From: SAR324 cluster bacterium
Lineage (GTDB): Bacteria; SAR324; NAC60-12
Direction of reading: 5' to 3'
DNA length: 64,000 nucleotides
NCBI GenBank assembly: GCA_022448485.1
Contig: JAKUUI010000002.1
Coordinates: forward strand, 18,761 to 82,760
Positions 1 to 8,134 of the stretch are shown here, piece by piece. The stretch's first letter is position 1. The number at the start of each line of letters is the position of its first letter. The position numbers were made by a program, and so were the translations under genes. Under the pieces are notes generated by a model, which was not told the DNA's origin, ran no database searches, and worked only from the letters and a program-made list of their open reading frames with translations.

Positions 1-3000
1 ATCGGCAGTTTTGATTACCTCCAAATTATGTTCAATGACCAGCACGGAATGACCTTCATCCACCAAGCGGTGTAAAACTTTGAGCAATCTTGCCACGTCG
101 TCGATGTGCAGACCAGTAGTTGGCTCGTCCAAAATGTAGAGAGTTGCACCATGGGAACGCCGGGCAAGTTCTGCTGATAATTTCAAGCGTTGGGCTTCTC
201 CTCCGGAAAGTGTATTTCCGGCTTGTCCTAATTTCATGTAACCCATACCAACTTCTTCCATGGTTTTGAGGATACGCTTGATACGCGGCTGTGCCTCAAA
301 AACTTCAACTGCTCTGCTTATTTCCATTTCAAGCACATCCGCAATTGTGTGGCCTTTATATTTGATTACCAAGGTTTCCCTATTGTAGCGTTTCCCTTTG
401 CACTGATCGCACTTGACCCAAACATCTGACAAAAAGTGCATTTCAATTAAATGAAATCCTTGTCCGTCGCAATTCAGACACCTCCCTTCTTTTGCGTTAA
501 ATGAAAAGCGACGTTTGGAAAATCCGCGTTGTTTAGCTTCCGGCATTGAAGCAAACAAGTTGCGGATCGGTTCTAGAACTTTGGAATAAGTTGCGGGATT
601 TGAACGCGGAGTACGGCCAATAGCTTCCTGATTAATCACAATTACTGACTCAAGTTGATCAATTCCGGAAATGTTTTTGTGCGCTCCTGGCTTGGTCTGT
701 TTTCCGTTTAATTCCTTTTCCAGCCTCTTTTGTAAAACATCGACAACCAACGACGATTTTCCTGAACCAGAAACGCCAGTAACCACGGTAAAAATTCCCA
801 GTGGAAAGCTGACATCCAGTTTTTTTAAATTATTTGCGGTCGCTCCAGAAACAGAAAGTAAGTACTCCGGATTCATTGGACGGCATCTTTCAGGAATTGG
901 AATCGTTTTGTATCCATTAAGGTATTGGGCAGTGAGAGTTTCGTTTTTTATAGAGATTTCCTGTGGACTTCCGCATGCGGAAATGTTTCCTCCATAATGC
1001 CCTGCTCCTGGTCCAATATCGATAAGGTGGTCAGCTTGTCGGATTGTATCAAGGTCGTGTTCAACCAAAATAACGCTGTTACCGCGATCCCTCAATTGCT
1101 TGAGAGTTCTGATGAGCCGCTCGGTATCACGAGGATGCAATCCAATGGTCGGTTCATCTAAAATGTACATCACGCCCACAAGTCCAGAACCAATTTGCGA
1201 GGCAAGCCGGATGCGCTGAGCTTCGCCTCCTGAGAGTGTGGAAGCTTTTTGATCCAGTGTCAAATAATCGAGACCAACATTTTCCAAAAATTTAAGTCGT
1301 GTTAAAATTTCTCCCAATGCTTGTTCGGCAACTGTGCGTTGATTTTCAGTTAGCGTCCAGCTTTCAATTTCACTGCGAGCTTCTGGGATGGTAAATCGGC
1401 AAAATTGGCTGATGTTTCGATCATTTATCGTCACCGCACGATATTCTGGTTTCAAACGTTCACCACCACAATCCAAACATTGAGGATCATGTAAACTTGG
1501 TAACTCACCCAAACCATCGCACGTCGGACATGCTCCTACATGTGAATTGAAAGAAAACATGCGTGGCGTCAATTCTTCAACCTGAAAAAAATCGCTGTCC
1601 ACATGTGCCGGAGTTTCAGATAAATATACAGTTTTTCCATCGTGATCTGTTAAACAAATTTTTAGCAAACCATGTCCACGTTGAAAAGCACTTTCAATAC
1701 CTTCTGCCAAACGTTTTTGCTCATCGGGATTTACACGCAAACGATCAATTCCCAGATCCACAGAAGTGTTGCGAGTTAATTTTAAATCAACCTGGGACTC
1801 ATTTTTTCTGGACATTTCCTCCCATTCATCCAGCCGGATGGGTTTACCATTTACGTAAAGTCGTACAAACCCTTCTTGTTCCAATGAGTCTATTACATTC
1901 GGCAAGTGTTTTGGGTGGTCGAGCAAGAGTATTTTACTGGACCCGGGTAAAAATAGTGGAGCAAGGAATTCAAGACGTTGGCCCGCGTAATGTTCAGCAC
2001 AATGGGCTGCGGCACTGGTAGGACTGTAACCGATCAAGGGCTTTCCAGTTTTTGGACAATGAGCTTTGCCGATGCGTGCGAATAGTAAACGTAAATAATC
2101 ATAGATTTCGGTTGTTGTAGCCACTGTCGAGCGGGGATTGCGACCAGTGGCTTTCTGATTTATGGCAATTGCTGGAGAAAGTCCATCAATCGAATCCACT
2201 GGGGCCTTGTCCATACGTCCCAAAAAGCGACGAGCATAAGTAGAAAGTGACTCCAGATAACGTGCCTGCCCTTCCGCAAAAATCGTATCAAAAGCCAAAC
2301 TCGTTTTTCCTGAACCAGAAACACCCGTAATGACGGTCATTTTATTATTCGGAATACGTACGTCAATGTTTCGCAAATTATTTTTTGACGCTCCTTTGAT
2401 AATAATGTCACGAGCGGGAATACCTGCGATTCCATTTTTTTTGAAAATAACAGGATTTTCTTCAACTAATTCATGCCTGGTGCTATTGCCGTTATGTGCA
2501 GTTTTGCCTTTTTCCAAAACTGTTTTCAAAAACTTCCCAGTCAGTGTTTCACGATCCGACAAATTTTCAGGAGTTCCCTTGCAAACCACTTCACCTCCAT
2601 ATTTCCCTCCGCCAGGTCCAAGCTCAATCAGATGATCAGCAACCTTAAGCACATCCAAATTGTGCTCAATAACTAAAACAGTGTTACCTTGATCAACCAA
2701 ACGATTAAGGCATGCCAACAACAGTCGAATGTCCTTGAAATGCAAACCAGTCGTTGGTTCATCAAGGATGTAAAATGTATTTCCTGTCGCTTTTTTCCTA
2801 AATTCAGAGGCGAGTTTGACACGCTGAGCTTCTCCTCCAGAAAGAGTTGTAGATGGCTGACCAAGTTTTACATATCCGAGACCAACGTCGAGCAGTGTTT
2901 GCAGAATTATGTGAATTTTTGGTAATGCAGAAAAGAATTTCTCGGCCTCTTTAACCGTCATTTCCAGCACATCATGTATCGTTTGGTTTTTATAGAATAT

Positions 3001-5385
3001 TTGCAAAGTTTCTGTATTAAAGCGTCTTCCACGGCAAGTATCACAAGGAATTTGCACATCGCTCAGAAACTGCATTTCTATTGTTTTCAAACCGGCTCCT
3101 TGACAGTCTTCACAGCGCCCACCTTTGACATTGAACGAAAAGCGACCCTTTTTGTAACCTCTCGCTTTTGCTTCAGGCGTCATGGCGAATAAATCTCGGA
3201 TTGGATCAAGTACTTTGGTGTAAGTAGCAGGATTGCTGCGTGGCGTCCGGCCAATTGGTGCTTGATCAATTTTAATCACTCGATCCACATTTTCGTGTCC
3301 GGAAATTTTTATGTGAGTGCCAGGCTTATCTTTGCTATTGGGGTTTAAGTGACGTATCAAAGCTTTTTTCAGAATGCCGTCGATCAAGGATGATTTCCCT
3401 GAACCAGACACTCCTGCTACAGCGACAAAAATTCCAAGTGGGATATCACAGTTTATATTTTGCAGATTATTGAAATTTGCACCGTAAATTGTTATTTTTT
3501 CCCCGGTTGGTTGACGACGGGTTTCTGGAATCTTGATTTCCTCTGTTCCCAAAAGGAATTGTCCGGTGATGGATTCAGGCGCTTCGATTATATTTAATAG
3601 TGAACCTTGCGCTGTGATGTGTCCGCCATCTTGTCCGGCAACGGGGCCTATGTCCACTAAATGATCTGCTGATTCGATGGTTTCTTCGTCATGTTCAACA
3701 ACCAGCACAGAATTTCCGCGATCACGCAATTTTTTTAAAGTGTGGATCAGTTTTTTGTTGTCGCTCTGGTGTAAACCGATTGAAGGTTCATCGAGCACAT
3801 AAAGCACGCCCTGCAAGCCCGATCCAAGCTGTGAAGCAAGCCGAATGCGCTGTCCTTCACCTCCGGATAAAGTTGCCGCAGAGCGTTCAAGAGTGAGGTA
3901 GCCCACGCCGACATCATTAAGGAAATTGAGTCGATCCATAATTTCGCGGAAAATATCCCGTCCGATTTTTTTCTCAGTTTCAGTGAGCTTGATATTCCCA
4001 AAAAATTTGACTGAAGCTTCTATCGATTCGCCGGCGAGACTACTGATATTGTGGCCGTGCAGACGCACCGCAAGAGCCATTTTGTTAAGGCGCTTACCCG
4101 AGCACTCTGGGCAGACTGAAGTATGCTGAAATTTTTCGAGTGGCCCCTTGACGAATCGATAGACAAATTGCAAAATGGGAATAAAACCGGCCCATTGCTG
4201 TTTTTCCAACTTCTTGAGAAACTGCGCCGGAAAGCGAAAAATATTGGAGACACCGAGCTTCATTTTTGTGTTACCGTATAATATCAGTTGACGCTGCTCC
4301 ACGGATAAGTCCTTCCATAAAATCTTGTCGTTAATCTCAAATATTTTCAGCAAACTGTTAACGTGCCGCTGATCGATTTTGGTGTAAAGTAAATTCCCCT
4401 TTTCAGTAAAACATTGGATTGAACCTTCACTAATGGAGCGTTCAGGATCACAAAGCTTTTCTTCAGTAAAAGTACTTGTGTAACCGATGCCGTTGCAGAT
4501 GGTGCACGCTCCTTGGGGGGCATTAAAAGAAAATAAGCGCGGCTCCATTTCCGGTAATGCAATTTGGCAACTTGGACAAGCCATTAACTGACTGAATAAA
4601 TGATCTTTTTGCTGACTTTGTTCAAGAGGATTTTCAGGGGTATTGTCAGCATTTTTTTTCCCGTAATGTAAAATAACTAAACCATTACCAAGCAAAAGTG
4701 CTTTTTCCACACCTTCAGTGAACCTGCTTTTTTCATTGGCAGTTATTTTTAGTCGATCCACCACCAGTTCAATAGAATGTTTTTCGTAGCGGGCAAGTCG
4801 GATTTCCTCATCAAGCCTGCGGACCTCTCCGTTAATTCTAGCTCGAACGTAGCCTTCTGCTGCCCATTCTTCGAGTTCTTTGCGGTATTCACCTTTGCGC
4901 TCCTGCACCATTGGCGCAAGGATAAGGCATGCTTCATTCATTGCGTCCACATACGCATAATCGGTGATTTGTTCTGGAGTTTGAGAGGTGATGCGTGTTC
5001 CACATTCTGGACAATGTGGTTTGCCCAAACGTGCAAAGAGGAGGCGGTAGTGATCGTAAATTTCCGTGATTGTGCCGACAGTGGAGCGAGGATTACGATT
5101 GACCGTTTTTTGATCTACGGAAATTGTCGGACTCAGTCCTTCAACGTGTTCAACTTTAGGTTTGTCAGTTTGCCCCAGGAATTGACGGGCATACGCGGAA
5201 AGTGATTCCACAAAACGGCGTTGGCCCTCTTTGAATATTGTATCAAATGCCAGAGATGATTTTCCAGAACCGCTGACTCCGGTAAATACAGTAAGAGTGT
5301 CACGAGGAATTTTGAGACTGACATTTTTCAGATTGTGTTCAGTTGCGCCAATTACGACAATTTGCTCTGTTTTTTTTTGGGACAT
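1..5385 (-). CDS. uvrA: Excinuclease ABC subunit A, tandem-duplicated single-chain form (two UvrA units in one frame). The C-terminus lies beyond the window start.
   Basis: It is absent from the ORF track only because the frame has no stop inside the window. My manual minus-strand translation from ATG 5385..5383 (MSQKKTEQIVVIGATEHNLKNVSLKIP...) stays open for 1795 codons to base 1. It contains four Walker A loops: GVSGSGKSSLAFDT, GVSGSGKSSLIDG, GVSGSGKTSLAFDT (just after Met codon 2340..2338, codon 1016) and GVSGSGKSSLVVD. It contains four ABC signatures: LSGGEGQRIRLA, LSGGEAQRVKLA, LSGGEAQRIRLA and LSGGEAQRLKLS. It also has Walker B motifs YVLDEPS/YILDEPT and UvrA-type CxxC zinc modules. Confidence 0.9.
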   Translation of the reverse strand, partial: MSQKKTEQIVVIGATEHNLKNVSLKIPRDTLTVFTGVSGSGKSSLAFDTIFKEGQRRFVESLSAYARQFLGQTDKPKVEHVEGLSPTISVDQKTVNRNPRSTVGTITEIYDHYRLLFARLGKPHCPECGTRITSQTPEQITDYAYVDAMNEACLILAPMVQERKGEYRKELEEWAAEGYVRARINGEVRRLDEEIRLARYEKHSIELVVDRLKITANEKSRFTEGVEKALLLGNGLVILHYGKKNADNTPENPLEQSQQKDHLFSQLMACPSCQIALPEMEPRLFSFNAPQGACTICNGIGYTSTFTEEKLCDPERSISEGSIQCFTEKGNLLYTKIDQRHVNSLLKIFEINDKILWKDLSVEQRQLILYGNTKMKLGVSNIFRFPAQFLKKLEKQQWAGFIPILQFVYRFVKGPLEKFQHTSVCPECSGKRLNKMALAVRLHGHNISSLAGESIEASVKFFGNIKLTETEKKIGRDIFREIMDRLNFLNDVGVGYLTLERSAATLSGGEGQRIRLASQLGSGLQGVLYVLDEPSIGLHQSDNKKLIHTLKKLRDRGNSVLVVEHDEETIESADHLVDIGPVAGQDGGHITAQGSLLNIIEAPESITGQFLLGTEEIKIPETRRQPTGEKITIYGANFNNLQNINCDIPLGIFVAVAGVSGSGKSSLIDGILKKALIRHLNPNSKDKPGTHIKISGHENVDRVIKIDQAPIGRTPRSNPATYTKVLDPIRDLFAMTPEAKARGYKKGRFSFNVKGGRCEDCQGAGLKTIEMQFLSDVQIPCDTCRGRRFNTETLQIFYKNQTIHDVLEMTVKEAEKFFSALPKIHIILQTLLDVGLGYVKLGQPSTTLSGGEAQRVKLASEFRKKATGNTFYILDEPTTGLHFKDIRLLLACLNRLVDQGNTVLVIEHNLDVLKVADHLIELGPGGGKYGGEVVCKGTPENLSDRETLTGKFLKTVLEKGKTAHNGNSTRHELVEENPVIFKKNGIAGIPARDIIIKGASKNNLRNIDVRIPNNKMTVITGVSGSGKTSLAFDTIFAEGQARYLESLSTYARRFLGRMDKAPVDSIDGLSPAIAINQKATGRNPRSTVATTTEIYDYLRLLFARIGKAHCPKTGKPLIGYSPTSAAAHCAEHYAGQRLEFLAPLFLPGSSKILLLDHPKHLPNVIDSLEQEGFVRLYVNGKPIRLDEWEEMSRKNESQVDLKLTRNTSVDLGIDRLRVNPDEQKRLAEGIESAFQRGHGLLKICLTDHDGKTVYLSETPAHVDSDFFQVEELTPRMFSFNSHVGACPTCDGLGELPSLHDPQCLDCGGERLKPEYRAVTINDRNISQFCRFTIPEARSEIESWTLTENQRTVAEQALGEILTRLKFLENVGLDYLTLDQKASTLSGGEAQRIRLASQIGSGLVGVMYILDEPTIGLHPRDTERLIRTLKQLRDRGNSVILVEHDLDTIRQADHLIDIGPGAGHYGGNISACGSPQEISIKNETLTAQYLNGYKTIPIPERCRPMNPEYLLSVSGATANNLKKLDVSFPLGIFTVVTGVSGSGKSSLVVDVLQKRLEKELNGKQTKPGAHKNISGIDQLESVIVINQEAIGRTPRSNPATYSKVLEPIRNLFASMPEAKQRGFSKRRFSFNAKEGRCLNCDGQGFHLIEMHFLSDVWVKCDQCKGKRYNRETLVIKYKGHTIADVLEMEISRAVEVFEAQPRIKRILKTMEEVGMGYMKLGQAGNTLSGGEAQRLKLSAELARRSHGATLYILDEPTTGLHIDDVARLLKVLHRLVDEGHSVLVIEHNLEVIKTAD

Positions 5386-5532
5386 GGAGGTGAACAGGGT
5401 ACTTTGGGATGCTGTAGTGGAGTTAAAATTTGGGTAGTTATATTGGTGCTCAGTATGGCAGGATTTTTTTAGAGCGACAAGACGGAATTAACACAGAACC
5501 AAAACAGAATTAGTACGGTGTAAATACTTTTA

Positions 5533-5579
5533 GGTCAATCAAATATATGGTTGACCATACCCGCTCAAAGTTGTAAAAC
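5533..5579 (+). promoter_or_regulatory. Candidate sigma-70 promoter (TTGACC, 17-nt spacer, TAAAAC) whose -35 box is the right arm of the inverted repeat GGTCAA-N12-TTGACC
   Basis: Read directly: GGTCAA at 5533..5538, TTGACC at 5551..5556 and TAAAAC at 5574..5579. It sits about 60 nt upstream of ATG 5639 in the uvrA/dehydrogenase divergent intergenic region. Confidence 0.3.
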
Positions 5580-5638
5580 TAATTCATCCGCTCATATTCT
5601 TACCTATATTAATCTAATTTATTTGCTGGTACAACTCT

Positions 5639-8101
5639 ATGAAACCATTACCAAATCAAGCGCAAGTAGTCATCATCGGTGGCGGAGTGATAGGCTGTAG
5701 TTTGGCTTATCATTTGACAAAACTGGGTTGGACGGATGTGGTTTTGTTGGAGCGCAAGGAACTTACCAGCGGAACAACTTGGCATGCCGCTGGACTCGTC
5801 GGGCAATTACGGGCCACAAAAAATATGACGATGCTGGCGCAATACACGAGCAAACTTTACGCAACTTTAGAAGAAGAAACGGGACAGGCCACCGGTTTCA
5901 AGCAAAACGGCTCCATTAGTGTTGCTCCGGATGCAGGGCGTTTTGAGGAACTTAAACGCGGTGCCTCGATGGCCAAATGTTTTGGCTTAGAAGTTGAGGT
6001 GATTTCGCCGAGTGAGGCCCTGGAAATGTATCCGCTACTGAATATCGACGATCTTGTGGGAGCCGTTTTTTTGCCCAAAGATGGTCAGACAAATCCGATT
6101 GATGTAACCCAGGCCATGGCTAAAGGCGCGAAAATGCGTGGTGCGAAAATACTTGAAAATGTGAGAGTTTCAGGAATCCAAATCAAGGACGGATGTGCTA
6201 CCGGAGTGAAAACCGAGCAGGGAGACATTCTCGCAGAAATAGTTGTAAACTGTGCTGGACTTTGGGGACGTCAAGTCGGATTGATGGCAGGAGTCCAAGT
6301 ACCGCTTTATGCGGCAGAGCATTTTTATATTGTAACGGATGACATCGGGTTGCCACCGAATCTTCCAGTCTTGCGGGATCCAAGCAGTTGGATTTACGCC
6401 AAGGAAGACGCAGGTAAAATGCTGGTTGGTTGTTTTGAACCAAAGTCTAAACCACGTCCGTTAAACACCATTCCAGAGGATTTTTCGTTTGGTCAATTTC
6501 CTGAAGACTGGGATCACTTTGAACCAGCTATGCTCAACGCCATTCACCGTATTCCAAAATTGGAAGATGCCGGAATCCATACTTTTTTCAACGGACCAGA
6601 AAGTTTTACTCCGGACGATCGGTATATTTTGGGTGAGGCTCCGGAACTCAAAAACTTCTATGTTGCAGCGGGATTCAACTCGATTGGCATTCAATCAGGT
6701 GGAGGTGCGGGCAAAGTCCTTTCCGAGTGGATTGTCAACGGTTTTCCACCTTTGGATTTGTGGGACGTGGACATCCGTCGCTTTCATCCATTTCAAGCCA
6801 ATGCGTGTTATTTGGAGGAACGTACCGAAGAAACTTTGGGTTTGCTTTACGCAATGCACTGGCCTTTTCGTCAACCTGAAAGCAGCCGGGGTGTGCGAAA
6901 ATCGGTTCTGCATGACCGTCTGGAAAAAGCTGGTGCGTGTTTTGGTGAAATGTGCGGATGGGAACGCGCAAACTGGTTTGCTCCGGAGGGCATGAAAGCG
7001 CGTTACGAATACAGCTATGATCGTCAAAACTGGTTCGATGCTTCTGCCATCGAACATCACGCGGCACGGGAGAAAGTGGCGCTGTTTGATATGTCGTCCT
7101 TCGCAAAATTCATGGTGCAGGGCCAGGAAGCAGAAAAAGTGTTGAACCGTATTTGCGCTAATGATGTCGATGTAGCTTCCGGAAAAGTGATTTATACCAC
7201 ATGGCTCAACGAACAAGGAGGCATCGAATCCGACTTGACGGTAACACGTTTGCAGAAAGATGTTTTTTTGGTTGTAACGGCGGGCGCGAGTCAAATACGC
7301 GATTTAGCTTGGCTGCTAAAAAACATACCAGACGAGGCGCATGTGAACGTCACTGACGTGACTTCCGGATATGCCGTGTTGAGCGTGATGGGGCCGGAAT
7401 CACGGAATTTGTTGGCCAAACTTACACCGACAGATTTGTCTAATGAAGCGTTTCCCTTTGGCACAGGGAAGGACATCGAAATTGGCTATGGCAAAGCCTT
7501 GGCTTTGCGTATGACTTATGTTGGAGAATTGGGTTGGGAAATTTATACTCCGACCGAATTTGCTCAAGACATTTACGATAAAATCCTTGCAGCCGGAACC
7601 GACCACGGTATGCAACTCGCAGGGATGCACGCCCTCAATTCCTTGCGTTTGGAAAAAGCTTTTCGGCACTGGGGACACGATATATCCGACGAAGACACGC
7701 CCTTGGAGGCCGGACTAGGATTTGCGGTCAAGTTTGACAAACCTGGAGGTTTCATTGGACGGGAAGCACTTTTGCGTCAAAAAGAGGGTTTGTCCGATGT
7801 AAAAAACGGAGTTTTGAAAAAACGTTTGGTACAGTTTGCATTGGAAGATACAGAACCGCTGCTTTATCATAATGAACCGATTTGGTGCGACGGCAGAATA
7901 GTTGGTGATCTGACTTCCGGAATGTACGCCCACACACTCAGAACGAGTCTTGGTATGGGTTATGTTAGCTATGAGGACGGAGTGACAAGAGATTTACTTC
8001 ATTCGAGTGTTTTTGAAATAGAAGTCGCTGGAGAACGACATCCTGCACGTGCTTCCTTGCAGGCGTTTTACGATCCAAAGAGTGAGCGGGTGCGGATGTA
8101 G
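5639..8101 (+). CDS. FAD- and folate-dependent dimethylglycine/sarcosine dehydrogenase family protein (DAO domain plus GcvT-like aminomethyltransferase domain)
   Basis: 820-aa ORF. It has the dinucleotide loop VVIIGGGVIGCS. It has the motif TSGTTWHAAG, with His49 (codon 5783..5785) at the covalent-FAD histidine position of DMGDH/SARDH enzymes. The C-terminal half resembles the glycine-cleavage T-protein fold. Confidence 0.85.
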   Translation: MKPLPNQAQVVIIGGGVIGCSLAYHLTKLGWTDVVLLERKELTSGTTWHAAGLVGQLRATKNMTMLAQYTSKLYATLEEETGQATGFKQNGSISVAPDAGRFEELKRGASMAKCFGLEVEVISPSEALEMYPLLNIDDLVGAVFLPKDGQTNPIDVTQAMAKGAKMRGAKILENVRVSGIQIKDGCATGVKTEQGDILAEIVVNCAGLWGRQVGLMAGVQVPLYAAEHFYIVTDDIGLPPNLPVLRDPSSWIYAKEDAGKMLVGCFEPKSKPRPLNTIPEDFSFGQFPEDWDHFEPAMLNAIHRIPKLEDAGIHTFFNGPESFTPDDRYILGEAPELKNFYVAAGFNSIGIQSGGGAGKVLSEWIVNGFPPLDLWDVDIRRFHPFQANACYLEERTEETLGLLYAMHWPFRQPESSRGVRKSVLHDRLEKAGACFGEMCGWERANWFAPEGMKARYEYSYDRQNWFDASAIEHHAAREKVALFDMSSFAKFMVQGQEAEKVLNRICANDVDVASGKVIYTTWLNEQGGIESDLTVTRLQKDVFLVVTAGASQIRDLAWLLKNIPDEAHVNVTDVTSGYAVLSVMGPESRNLLAKLTPTDLSNEAFPFGTGKDIEIGYGKALALRMTYVGELGWEIYTPTEFAQDIYDKILAAGTDHGMQLAGMHALNSLRLEKAFRHWGHDISDEDTPLEAGLGFAVKFDKPGGFIGREALLRQKEGLSDVKNGVLKKRLVQFALEDTEPLLYHNEPIWCDGRIVGDLTSGMYAHTLRTSLGMGYVSYEDGVTRDLLHSSVFEIEVAGERHPARASLQAFYDPKSERVRM

Positions 8102-8134
8102 ACATCCTTTCAAAAAAATTGTTTAAATGTGAGC

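Noticed and set aside
1-5400. The ORF track shows only short ORFs over the first 5.4 kb, which could suggest non-coding DNA, a pseudogene graveyard or a large RNA.
   Set aside because: Manual translation of the minus strand gives one uninterrupted UvrA-type frame from 5385 to base 1. It is missing from the track only because it lacks an in-window stop. The listed short ORFs are off-frame shadows.
6489-7294. Long overlapping ORFs inside the dehydrogenase gene (6489..6995 on the plus strand, 168 aa; 6695..7294 on the minus strand, 199 aa). Similar ORFs elsewhere include 1563..2021, 7965..8432, 50904..51347 and 57112..57603.
   Set aside because: Their composition is low-complexity or Arg/Ser/Cys-rich, and they carry no motifs. 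Each is fully embedded in a strongly recognisable gene in another frame. They are shadow ORFs.
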